Positions 10,342 through 19,491 of a stretch of 64,000 nt of DNA are shown in pieces; position 1 is the first letter of the stretch, and each line of letters begins with the position of its first letter. The DNA lies in contig JAHPZA010000010.1 in assembly GCA_019058445.1 (NCBI GenBank), positions 544,001 through 608,000 of the forward strand. Direction: 5' to 3'. Below the pieces are notes generated by a model. It saw only the letters and a list, made by a program, of their open reading frames with translations. It did no database searches and was not told the DNA's origin. The DNA comes from Promethearchaeota archaeon (GTDB lineage: Archaea; Asgardarchaeota; Lokiarchaeia; Sigyniarchaeales; SOKP01). The translations under genes and the position numbers were made by a program.

Positions 10342-11535
10342 ATGAGTTTTACTATTAAGGATCCCACAATTTTGGATGAGTTAGGGCCTGAGAGAATTGT
10401 ATTATTACGAGATCCAAATGTAGGTATGACAGGAATCTTTGTAATAGATAATACCGCTATAGGTTGGCCTGCGGGTGGCATCCGAATGGCTCCAGATATT
10501 ACTATCGAAGAGATAGCGAGATTAGCTCGAGCAATGACTTATAAATTTGCTTCTTATCGGCTCAAGGTTGGTGGTGCCAAGGCAGGCATTATGGCAGATC
10601 CCCGTTCAAAAAATAAAGATTTATTAATTGCCAGTTTTGCGGAAGCTATAAAGACTTATATAATAGAGGATCGATATATATGCGGTCCAGACATGGGTAC
10701 TTATGATAGGGATATAGAAAGAATTTTTAGTATTATTGGTAAACCCGGATTAGCCCCTAAACCATTAGGAATGAAAAGAAATGGATTTCCTGTTGAGGAA
10801 TTATTCACTGGATATGGCGTATGTTATTGTATAGAGGCAGTTTTTAATCACTTAAAAAATAGAGGGGTATTTGAACAGGACTACAAACCAAAAATTATCT
10901 TAGAGGGATTTGGAAAAGTCGGAGTAGGTATAGCAATGGGTTTGCAAGAAATAGGATTTAAATTAACGGGGGTTTCAACAATAAATGGAGCGATCTTCAA
11001 TGAAGATGGACTTGACTTGGCAAAATTATTAGAATTAAAACTTCAATATGGAGATGATTTAATTAATCAATATGAGGCTAAAAATCTAATAAAAATTGAA
11101 AAGGAAAAGCTATTTGAACTTTCATCAGAATACTCTACCGACTTTATTATTCCTGGAGCAAGACAGGATGTAATTAATTCAAAAAACATTGATAAGATTG
11201 ATGCTAAAGCAATTGTTCCGGCATCTAATATCCCATATGAAGCGGGAATAACCAAAACTCTTAAAGAAAAAGGCATAATCGATTTTCCAGATTTTGTTGC
11301 GAACGCTGGAGAAATTTTGGCTATTGGTATAAATAAAGTAGCAAAGCATCCAGATGAAATATTTGATTATGTTAAATCACAAATTGATGAAAAAGCCATG
11401 GAAATTGTTAAAGGAGCTTTAGAAAAAGACCTCTCCGCCTACCATTATGCTATTGAAGATGCTCTTAGCTATGTCAAGAAATATTTAAATAGAAGGTCCA
11501 AAAGAATAGAGAAATTAAATAAGAAGTATCAGTAA
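10342..11535 (+). CDS. Glu/Leu/Phe/Val dehydrogenase family protein
   Basis: GGIRM, RAMTYK, GGAKAG, GPDMGT, EGFGKVG, PDFVANAG. Confidence 0.9.
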   Translation: MSFTIKDPTILDELGPERIVLLRDPNVGMTGIFVIDNTAIGWPAGGIRMAPDITIEEIARLARAMTYKFASYRLKVGGAKAGIMADPRSKNKDLLIASFAEAIKTYIIEDRYICGPDMGTYDRDIERIFSIIGKPGLAPKPLGMKRNGFPVEELFTGYGVCYCIEAVFNHLKNRGVFEQDYKPKIILEGFGKVGVGIAMGLQEIGFKLTGVSTINGAIFNEDGLDLAKLLELKLQYGDDLINQYEAKNLIKIEKEKLFELSSEYSTDFIIPGARQDVINSKNIDKIDAKAIVPASNIPYEAGITKTLKEKGIIDFPDFVANAGEILAIGINKVAKHPDEIFDYVKSQIDEKAMEIVKGALEKDLSAYHYAIEDALSYVKKYLNRRSKRIEKLNKKYQ

Positions 11536-11610
11536 GGATTGAAAATTATTATTATTTCTTTTATTTCATTTTTTTTCCCAAAATTAATGTTTTAAGTATT
11601 GGAAAGGATC

Positions 11611-11634
11611 CTTATCCATCATTCTTAGGATAAG
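11611..11634. promoter_or_regulatory. Inverted repeat CTTATCC-N10-GGATAAG (candidate operator or hairpin)
   Basis: Perfect 7-bp arms ending about 35 nt upstream of ATG 11669. Confidence 0.3.
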
Positions 11635-11668
11635 AAATTTTTTTTAATGAGTTACAATTTTATCACCT

Positions 11669-12958
11669 ATGGAAATTAAGGGACCAATTTTATTTGAGGC
11701 ATATCCTAGTCTTAAGAAAAAAATTCCTTGGATGCCTTTACTTACGAATCTACCAACTTCCGTGGATCGTCTAACTGAGTTAGAAAAAGAGCTCAATTTG
11801 AAGAATGGAGAGATCTATATAAAACGAGATGATAAAAATCATCATATTTATGGGGGAAATAAGCTAAGAAAATTCGAGTTTATATTTGCAGAAGCGATGA
11901 GGAAAAAAAAGAAAGGAATGATTACGTTAGGAGGCATAGGAACGAATCATGGGATAGCATGTGCAATTGTAGCTAGGGAACTGGGATTAAAATGTTATTT
12001 ATTTTTATCTCATCAACCATTGACTTGGCATGTCCAGCGTTCATTATTACTTTATGATTATTTTGGCGCAAAGTTGCATCTTAGTAAAAGTTTTGAAGTT
12101 GGGATATTGAAGAGCCTATTCTTCAGACTATTTCATCCGAACTATTATTTAATGTCAATTGGTGGAACACCACTTTTTGGTATAGGAACGTCATTAGGTT
12201 CAATCGGTTTTATTAATGCAATGTTTGAACTAAAAAAACAAATTGACCAAAACATTATTCCTGAGCCAGATGTAATTTTTGTTGCGGGAGGATCTACGGG
12301 AACAGGAGCTGGGTTAATCGCAGGTTGTAAGTTATTAGGATTAACTATAGATGTAAAAATTGTCAATGTTTCCAAGGATATCATCGTTAATAATTCAGCT
12401 GTTATGAAAAACGCGAATAAAGCCATTAAATATATGAGAAAATATGATAAAACTATTCCTGATATCAGTATTACCTCAGACGATTTTGAAATTGTACAGG
12501 GATATGTCGGATCTGATTATGGTGTTAAAACACATAGGGCTCAAAAAGCAGTTGATCTAATAACCGAACTTGAGGCGAAAAATAAGAATTTTAAATTAGA
12601 AACTACATATACAGGCAAAACTATGGCTGCGATGATTGACTTTCTTAAGGAAAAAGAAAATAAATCTAAAAAAGTTCTCTTTTGGAATACTTATAATTCG
12701 AATGATCTGGATAAATACCTCAAAGAAACTCAATTTGATTATAAAAAACTTCCCACTAAGTTTCATAAATTTTACGAAGATACTTCATTCCAATGTTGGC
12801 AAATTGTTGGTTGTCCCAAGGAATTAAGAGAAAAATGTCCCGCGTTTTTAAATCATGAATATAGATTTTGGAAAGTTTCAGAATGCTCTCTTGACTCAGA
12901 AAAAATAAAAAAGGCAAAAGAAGAATTAACTCAAGTTATAGAGTTAGAAGATGCGTAA
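11669..12958 (+). CDS. D-cysteine desulfhydrase/ACC deaminase family PLP enzyme with C-terminal Cys-rich (two-CW-like) domain
   Basis: IKRDD...GGNKLRKFEF, TNHG, YTGKT; C-terminal CWQIVGC...CPAF...FWKVSEC. Confidence 0.88.
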   Translation: MEIKGPILFEAYPSLKKKIPWMPLLTNLPTSVDRLTELEKELNLKNGEIYIKRDDKNHHIYGGNKLRKFEFIFAEAMRKKKKGMITLGGIGTNHGIACAIVARELGLKCYLFLSHQPLTWHVQRSLLLYDYFGAKLHLSKSFEVGILKSLFFRLFHPNYYLMSIGGTPLFGIGTSLGSIGFINAMFELKKQIDQNIIPEPDVIFVAGGSTGTGAGLIAGCKLLGLTIDVKIVNVSKDIIVNNSAVMKNANKAIKYMRKYDKTIPDISITSDDFEIVQGYVGSDYGVKTHRAQKAVDLITELEAKNKNFKLETTYTGKTMAAMIDFLKEKENKSKKVLFWNTYNSNDLDKYLKETQFDYKKLPTKFHKFYEDTSFQCWQIVGCPKELREKCPAFLNHEYRFWKVSECSLDSEKIKKAKEELTQVIELEDA

Positions 12959-13062
12959 TTGAGATACTATGGAAATTTCACGTAGATTAATTATTATAAA
13001 ATCAATATTTTAAAATGCATTTGATTTATAATATTTAATCGATCTCTAAATATAATCTTAAA

Positions 13063-14016
13063 GTGTTTGAAATGAATGATAATAATAATTCTATATCTGA
13101 GTCAAATTTAACTAATGATGAATCAAGAATGCCCTCTCGATATAAATCGGGGATTAAATCACACATCAAAATACTTCCTTTTATATTAATAATTTATATT
13201 ATTTATGGTATTTATTTGTCAACAACTCTTACTTCAACAGAGGAATTAGTACCACTTATCATAGGCAATGCATTCACCGATATGCTGATACTTTACTTTT
13301 TAATACCGCTTTCTTGTTTTTTATTAATAATTATCAGTCCCTTTATAGCATTGATATATTACAAAATCTACATTAGAATTTTTAGAGATTCAAAGCTCTA
13401 TTTTCTGGATATGCGAGTGCAGCTTGGTGAATGGTCAACTGGCAATGTAGTTAAGCGAGCAATTCTTCCGGGATTGATGATTTGTGCGCTATCCCAGATA
13501 TTTGTAAATGCTTTTGGTATTTTATTGTGGGTTCCAGGAGATTTGCGAAATAATTTAGGTCTTGCTTTATTTAACGCTGCTTTTATTGTATTTCCTTTAG
13601 TAATAGTTCTCTTAGTACCTCTCTGGTTATTATTTGATGCGGGGGTTATGAGCAAAACGAAACCAGAGGTAATATATCAGAAACGTACACCTGAAACAAT
13701 TGAACCTGTCGAGCAGTTTTTTCTAACTCGATATCGGGGATTTGGAGGGCTTGCGTTTTTATTAAGCTTTTTTTCAATGATTATACAAATAGGTTTACAA
13801 GCAATTTCTCCATTAACGATATTGTTTATGATTTTCGTGCCTTTTTTAGGTATTGCTTTATTTATCCCAGCACAAGTAATGTATGAAAAGATATTACCCT
13901 TTATGACAAGAATGATTCATAAATCGACTAAACTCCATGATTCTGAGCTCTCTATAGTTACAGCAGAACAATGTCCTGCATGCAATCCAAGGTATAAGAA
14001 GAAAAATTCTAAATAG
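13063..14016 (+). CDS. Hypothetical polytopic membrane protein with C-terminal CxxC
   Basis: About 6 hydrophobic segments; CPAC near the C-terminus. Confidence 0.7.
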   Translation: MFEMNDNNNSISESNLTNDESRMPSRYKSGIKSHIKILPFILIIYIIYGIYLSTTLTSTEELVPLIIGNAFTDMLILYFLIPLSCFLLIIISPFIALIYYKIYIRIFRDSKLYFLDMRVQLGEWSTGNVVKRAILPGLMICALSQIFVNAFGILLWVPGDLRNNLGLALFNAAFIVFPLVIVLLVPLWLLFDAGVMSKTKPEVIYQKRTPETIEPVEQFFLTRYRGFGGLAFLLSFFSMIIQIGLQAISPLTILFMIFVPFLGIALFIPAQVMYEKILPFMTRMIHKSTKLHDSELSIVTAEQCPACNPRYKKKNSK

Positions 14017-14035
14017 TCTTTCTTGTTTATCAAAA

Positions 14036-14881
14036 TCATCTAATTTTTGGCGGTCCTTTTTGTATTAGAGAACGCATTTCTTCGAAAGATCCCCTTAGTC
14101 CATAAATCCCTTCAATCCACCATGTTACTCCCGCTTCCGCAAAAGAAGTAATCAATTCTACTGCTTTCTCTGGATCATCTGGTAAATCAGTGCCAAGACA
14201 TACATCAAAAGAACTGGAAGAAGTTCGATATCCCTCAATATAGCTCATCATATCTTTTACATCCTTATGTGTTAATTGTTTTGGCCAGTCTGCGTGTATT
14301 GGGACTACTCCATCCCATTTTGCTGCTCTCCGAAATGGTGCCTTAGCAGGCCAACCACCTCCAACCCATATAGGAATTCTAGTGCTTTGAATGGGTTTTG
14401 GTAAGAATTTTACTTTTTTTAATTGATAATGTTCTCCTTTATAGCCAAACAAATTACCACTCCAGAGCCCTGTTATGATATCCAATCCCTCATCAAGTTT
14501 TTTCGCAAGTATTTTTGGATCCGGATTTTCTCCAAAAGTCGCATATTCTGTTTTAAAGGGAGCTCCAAGCCCTACACCGAGAATTAGACGCCCGTTAGAT
14601 AAATGATCAAGGGAAATGGTCTCTCGAGCTAATTTCCAAGGCCGACGACGTGGAATAGGAGTAATCATTGTGCCAATTCGTATTTTCTCTGTTTTCATTG
14701 CAACTGCTGCGAGAGCAATCCACGGATCTACCATTTCATAGTTCCCGCTTCTCTCAAATAGCATATGATCCCATAAGAAAAATCCATCCCAACCCGCTCG
14801 CTCCGCTTCAAATGCTAAATCTGCCAATCTTCTTGGATGGAAATAATCACCAAAGTTTGTAATACTTAAAGCAAATTTCAA
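14036..14881 (-). CDS. LLM-class (luciferase-like) flavin/F420-dependent oxidoreductase
   Basis: AERAGWDGFFLWDH, DPWIALAA, LDHLSNGRLILGVGLG, IPIWVGG. Confidence 0.92.
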   Translation of the reverse strand: MKFALSITNFGDYFHPRRLADLAFEAERAGWDGFFLWDHMLFERSGNYEMVDPWIALAAVAMKTEKIRIGTMITPIPRRRPWKLARETISLDHLSNGRLILGVGLGAPFKTEYATFGENPDPKILAKKLDEGLDIITGLWSGNLFGYKGEHYQLKKVKFLPKPIQSTRIPIWVGGGWPAKAPFRRAAKWDGVVPIHADWPKQLTHKDVKDMMSYIEGYRTSSSSFDVCLGTDLPDDPEKAVELITSFAEAGVTWWIEGIYGLRGSFEEMRSLIQKGPPKIR

Positions 14882-14922
14882 GTCTCATCACAGCTCATTC
14901 AATTTCATATTACAATTAGTAG

Positions 14923-15429
14923 TTATTTTATAATTCTAGTTATTTCTCCTAAACTTTTTCTGGGTATTGATTTAGGGATCTTTCCCTTTATATATCCCGC
15001 CGCTAAAACTGTTAAGAGAAAATCATTCTTTCCAAGACCTAATAATTCTTTAGCATATTCTCTATCCATGCTTCCAATCCAGCACATACCGATATTTAGA
15101 GTCCAGGCCATAAGCATCATATTCATAGACGCTAATGAAGTATCTTGGATATACCAATTTGGATTTTCCAGTTTTTTACCTATTATAGCAATGCCCAAGG
15201 GAGCATTTTTAAGAGGTAATCCATAAGCACCTGTTTTAGATATTTTTTGCAAAATCTCTCGATTTTTTATTACAATAAATTCCCATGGTTGCCTATTTGA
15301 AGCACTTGGAGTCCATCTTCCTGCCTCTAAAATCATTTCAATATGTTCTTTAGTGATTGGTTTATCTTGATAATTACGTATGGTTCTCCTTTTTTTTAAA
15401 AACTCTAAAAATTCCTCTGGTTTAGTCAT
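14923..15429 (-). CDS. Nitroreductase family protein
   Basis: RRTIRNY, TPSASNRQPWEF, IGMCWIG. Confidence 0.92.
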   Translation of the reverse strand: MTKPEEFLEFLKKRRTIRNYQDKPITKEHIEMILEAGRWTPSASNRQPWEFIVIKNREILQKISKTGAYGLPLKNAPLGIAIIGKKLENPNWYIQDTSLASMNMMLMAWTLNIGMCWIGSMDREYAKELLGLGKNDFLLTVLAAGYIKGKIPKSIPRKSLGEITRIIK

Positions 15430-15618
15430 GTTATTGCCTCATCCTCATTCTTAACAATTTCATAAAAATTATAGGATATGAATTTCTTAAATCATTTTAG
15501 TTTATTAATTATAATCCTTTTAAAATATTGTTTCTGATTCATTGAAATTTGTAGACTTAAATATTTAAAATAATTCATATTATCTAAATCAAAATTATAA
15601 GAATTAAAGGTAAAAATA

Positions 15619-16785
15619 ATGAATAGTAAACTAAAAGCAATTAAAGACCCCCCAAGTAAACAAGAGCTTTCTAATCGAATAGAAAAAGTTAGAGATTTAA
15701 TGAAACAACAAAATTTGGATTATTATGTTTGCTATGATCCGGTGAATATTTATTATCTGACAAATTTTGCTTTTTATGTTCATGAGAGACCCTTTATTTT
15801 TGTTATACCAAAAGAAGGCCTTCCAAAAATGATCATTCCCCTCCTAGAAAAAGGACATTTTGAACAAAGAGCAAAAATTGATTATGAGATGGCTTTTTAC
15901 TATGAATTTCCTGCTCTTAGTGGTGAAAATTGGTATGACATCTATCATAAAATTATTGATAATGATTCAAAGGTGGGTATAGAATCCGCTATGCCTATGG
16001 GAATTGCCAATAAAACACCGGGAAAGAAAGTGGTAACCGATATTGTTGAGGAAGCTCGTTTAATTAAAACAGATTATGAAATCGGACGTACTATACATGC
16101 ATGTAAAGTAATAAATAAAGGGCATAAAGTATTGCTTAAAATGTGCCGTCCTAAAGTGTTACTATTTGCTCTCTACCGTGAAGTTTCTAATGCTATGACA
16201 TCTAAAATAGTTCAAGATATCCCTAATGCCAACTTTAGAGTTGTTGATACAATGGGAATAGTGTGGCCTCCATCTATTTCTCATGATCCACATTTAATTC
16301 CACATATTTTTGATGAGGTGGAGGAAGGCGGACCCCATGTTTCTATTGTTCAAGCTCAGGTTGATGGATATGGTGTAGAAATTGAGAGAACATTCTTTCT
16401 AGGTCATATTCCTGAAAAAGCTAAAAAACCCTTTGAAACTATGTTCCAAGCGAGGGCAATGGCATATGATTTACTAAAGCCTGGAACTATTATGAGTGAG
16501 ATTGATAAAAAAGTACGTAATTTTATAAAGGATAATGGTTATGGTGATTACATTCTCCACAGGACAGGTCATGGGTTAGGAATCACGGGGCATGAGGCAC
16601 CTTATCTTGCAGAAGGGTATGATCGTGCACTTGAACCAGGAATGATAGTAAGTGTTGAGCCAGGGATCTATATTCCGGGAGTTGGAGGTTTTCGGCACTC
16701 TGATACAGTTTTGATAACTGAAGATGGGTATATGAAATTATCCAAAGCTCCAGAAGAACTCGATGATTTAATAATTTCTATATAA
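15619..16785 (+). CDS. M24 Xaa-Pro peptidase / creatinase-like protein
   Basis: Creatinase-N region; HRTGHGLG..HEAP, EPGIY, FRHSDTV. Confidence 0.88.
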   Translation: MNSKLKAIKDPPSKQELSNRIEKVRDLMKQQNLDYYVCYDPVNIYYLTNFAFYVHERPFIFVIPKEGLPKMIIPLLEKGHFEQRAKIDYEMAFYYEFPALSGENWYDIYHKIIDNDSKVGIESAMPMGIANKTPGKKVVTDIVEEARLIKTDYEIGRTIHACKVINKGHKVLLKMCRPKVLLFALYREVSNAMTSKIVQDIPNANFRVVDTMGIVWPPSISHDPHLIPHIFDEVEEGGPHVSIVQAQVDGYGVEIERTFFLGHIPEKAKKPFETMFQARAMAYDLLKPGTIMSEIDKKVRNFIKDNGYGDYILHRTGHGLGITGHEAPYLAEGYDRALEPGMIVSVEPGIYIPGVGGFRHSDTVLITEDGYMKLSKAPEELDDLIISI

Positions 16786-16832
16786 AAAATATTACTGAGA
16801 ATTAAGATTTTTGAAATAGAGAAAGTGATATC

Positions 16833-18032
16833 ATGACACAAAAAGATAAAGCGTATAAAATTATCCATAAGACGATATCTCAACCCGTAAACCATTCAGA
16901 ACCAGATGGTACAAAATTTACACAGCATATAGACATTCTCATACCTGAAGATGTTCCTGTTGATGCTCCAGTATTTTTTCATTTGGGGAATGAACAACAG
17001 CTCGATGAAGATAAATTAATTTTATTGTATGATGCATATGGTAAAAGAAATGATATAGTTTATCTCCATGCTGAACATAGAGGATACGGTCAAAGTCTAA
17101 CTTTAGACAAAGATCAGTCCATACCCTCATATGTGCGTATAGACCAAACTCTTGCGGATTATCATCATGTCATTCAAGCACTGAAAGAGGAATATACTGG
17201 TCCTTGGATGGGAGCAGGATATAGTTATGGGGGAGGTTTGGTAATAAATTTCGCCTCCGAATACCCTGATGATGTGAATGCCATTTTATCTTCAAGCGGA
17301 GTTGTCGACTGGCCATTCATAATGGATACTTACGACCATCAGATGAGAATAAATTTTAGTGAGAAACTCTATCAAGGTTTTGTCAAACACATCAACAATC
17401 TTGAACCTAAGGAACTATTTGATGAAAATTGGTTGAATAGGGAATTCTTAATTGCATATTGCCATGGGCTCGCTCAAAGAGAGGAACTCAAGAGGGTTCA
17501 AAAATCAATTGAAAATTTAATTACCACACTTCCTACAGAAGAGTTACTTGAAAGATTGCATCAAATTGACAATGAATTAGCAGAAGGAGAAGGCTGGCAA
17601 TATGCTACATCGAACGGTAAATTAACTTTAACCCGAGAGGAAGCATTAACCGCAAAATACACATGGAGGGTATGGCGTTATCAACAATGGTTGGAAACAG
17701 GTATTTTTGAGGTTTCAGAAAAACCAAACGGAGTTTTTACAAGAACATATAAAGATTTTATCGAAGAGGGAATTGCATTATTCGGTGAAGAACCTCCATC
17801 AGCGAAAAATCCCGAATGGTCTCCTCGAAGTATGGTTCAAAATTTAAAAGTTCCATTAGTTTATGTGTGCGGTGGTATGGACCCTTGGAGAGGGCTCTGT
17901 CTAGAACCGGATTACAACATTAAAAATGGACAATATTTCTATTATCCGGAGGGTAGACATTGTCCTGAGAAGGATAAATTACGTCGTGGCAGAGAAGTTA
18001 TGGATTGTTTATTAAATTTTGCTCAGAAGTAA
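16833..18032 (+). CDS. S28/S37-family alpha/beta-hydrolase serine peptidase
   Basis: HAEHRGYGQS, QTLADY, nucleophile elbow GYSYGG, DPW, H in GRHC. Confidence 0.82.
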   Translation: MTQKDKAYKIIHKTISQPVNHSEPDGTKFTQHIDILIPEDVPVDAPVFFHLGNEQQLDEDKLILLYDAYGKRNDIVYLHAEHRGYGQSLTLDKDQSIPSYVRIDQTLADYHHVIQALKEEYTGPWMGAGYSYGGGLVINFASEYPDDVNAILSSSGVVDWPFIMDTYDHQMRINFSEKLYQGFVKHINNLEPKELFDENWLNREFLIAYCHGLAQREELKRVQKSIENLITTLPTEELLERLHQIDNELAEGEGWQYATSNGKLTLTREEALTAKYTWRVWRYQQWLETGIFEVSEKPNGVFTRTYKDFIEEGIALFGEEPPSAKNPEWSPRSMVQNLKVPLVYVCGGMDPWRGLCLEPDYNIKNGQYFYYPEGRHCPEKDKLRRGREVMDCLLNFAQK

Positions 18033-18081
18033 TTCTTAAAATTTCAAAATTTATTTTTATAATTTTTTCTTATTATTATTA

Positions 18082-19491
18082 ATGCCTTTGGCTGATCTAA
18101 AAACAACATTTTCCATTAAAGAGCTTAGGGGTAGCTCTAGCATTGCTTCTGAAAAGCGTGACTTTATGAGAAAATATTACCCCTCTATACGTCACGATCC
18201 TCATGAAGGCTTTCTTTATGGATTTTTATGCTTAATTTATGACGGAGTAAATAAAATTGAGGATTTGAAAAATAAAATGCGCTTATTTTTCATTTCCGCT
18301 TCAAAACAAGTTGTTGTGGAGGATCAAGACGTCGAAGAGTATTTACAATATGCTAGAAAAAAACAACTGATTAAGGAGGATACTGATGGGACTATATACC
18401 TCACGGAAAATGGTGAAAAATTAGTAGAATTGAGCTATTATTCTACTTTACATGCTTCTTATTGGATGAATTTAATATTTAATGAAAACATTATGCTAAT
18501 AACCACGGCTATTTTTTTAATGATATTAGCATCTATGAAGATATTTGTAGGGATGCAATTAGCATCCCAAGGCATGGTATATGAAGGATTTGAAAATCTA
18601 ACCGATCTACTTAAGGTTGCGATAATTTTTTTGGTTGGATTCAAATTGAAGAGGGATAAAGTCGCTAGTATCATAATTATTGGGATAATGATGTTTACAG
18701 GAGTCATTCTAATATGGTCCGGTATTGAAGCTTTACTGAATCCGACGCCGATTATACCAACAGTTCAGGCGTATATGATCTGTTTTTTTTCCGTTATCCT
18801 GAATTTAGCATTAATGTTTCTGAAAAGCTTGGTTGGCCGTACTTCTGGAAATCTTTCATTACTAAGTGATTCTAAAGACTCTGGTTTAAACGTAAAAATA
18901 TCATTGGGAGTGGCAATCGGTCTTACGTTTGCTATCTTTAGAATTTATTTTGTAGATGCTCTTATAGGCATAATAATAGCAATATTAATTTTTAAGGAAG
19001 GAATTGAAGTTTTAAGGGAATTATTGGGGCCTGAAGAGGATTTTGATATCACCGCAATAAAAGTTTTGGCAGATAATATCTATGATGATCGGCTCACAGG
19101 ATATATCTTAGGAAGTATAAGACGAGAAACATTAACAAAAGAAGATATTCTAAGAAATTTTGAAGAAGGCTTATATTTAGGACGCCTTTATTATGGTGGA
19201 TTTGCAGATTTCTTTTATCATAATTTAGGGGCGGAGATTGCGGAAAAACACTTACATAAATTAATAAAAGGTAAACTGATTGAAACATTAGGTGAATCTA
19301 TTATAATAACTTCAAAAGGGTTACAAACATATTATAGAGCGAAAGCGAAGGAATATAACAATCGCGCTAAAAGAGTTTATGTGGGTCCCCGAGTTCCTCG
19401 TGGTTTGATATATTTCATAGCATTTATAATTGCATTCATATTATTGATAATTTTTGCTAATGATATTAATCAATGGTTAATGAGCTTTTAA
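18082..19491 (+). CDS. Cation diffusion facilitator-like TM domain flanked by two winged-helix-like domains
   Basis: 6 TMs with CDF-like SGNLSLLSDS and VDALIGIIIA; wHTH wing motifs IYLTENG (N-terminal) and IIITSKG (C-terminal). Confidence 0.72.
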   Translation: MPLADLKTTFSIKELRGSSSIASEKRDFMRKYYPSIRHDPHEGFLYGFLCLIYDGVNKIEDLKNKMRLFFISASKQVVVEDQDVEEYLQYARKKQLIKEDTDGTIYLTENGEKLVELSYYSTLHASYWMNLIFNENIMLITTAIFLMILASMKIFVGMQLASQGMVYEGFENLTDLLKVAIIFLVGFKLKRDKVASIIIIGIMMFTGVILIWSGIEALLNPTPIIPTVQAYMICFFSVILNLALMFLKSLVGRTSGNLSLLSDSKDSGLNVKISLGVAIGLTFAIFRIYFVDALIGIIIAILIFKEGIEVLRELLGPEEDFDITAIKVLADNIYDDRLTGYILGSIRRETLTKEDILRNFEEGLYLGRLYYGGFADFFYHNLGAEIAEKHLHKLIKGKLIETLGESIIITSKGLQTYYRAKAKEYNNRAKRVYVGPRVPRGLIYFIAFIIAFILLIIFANDINQWLMSF

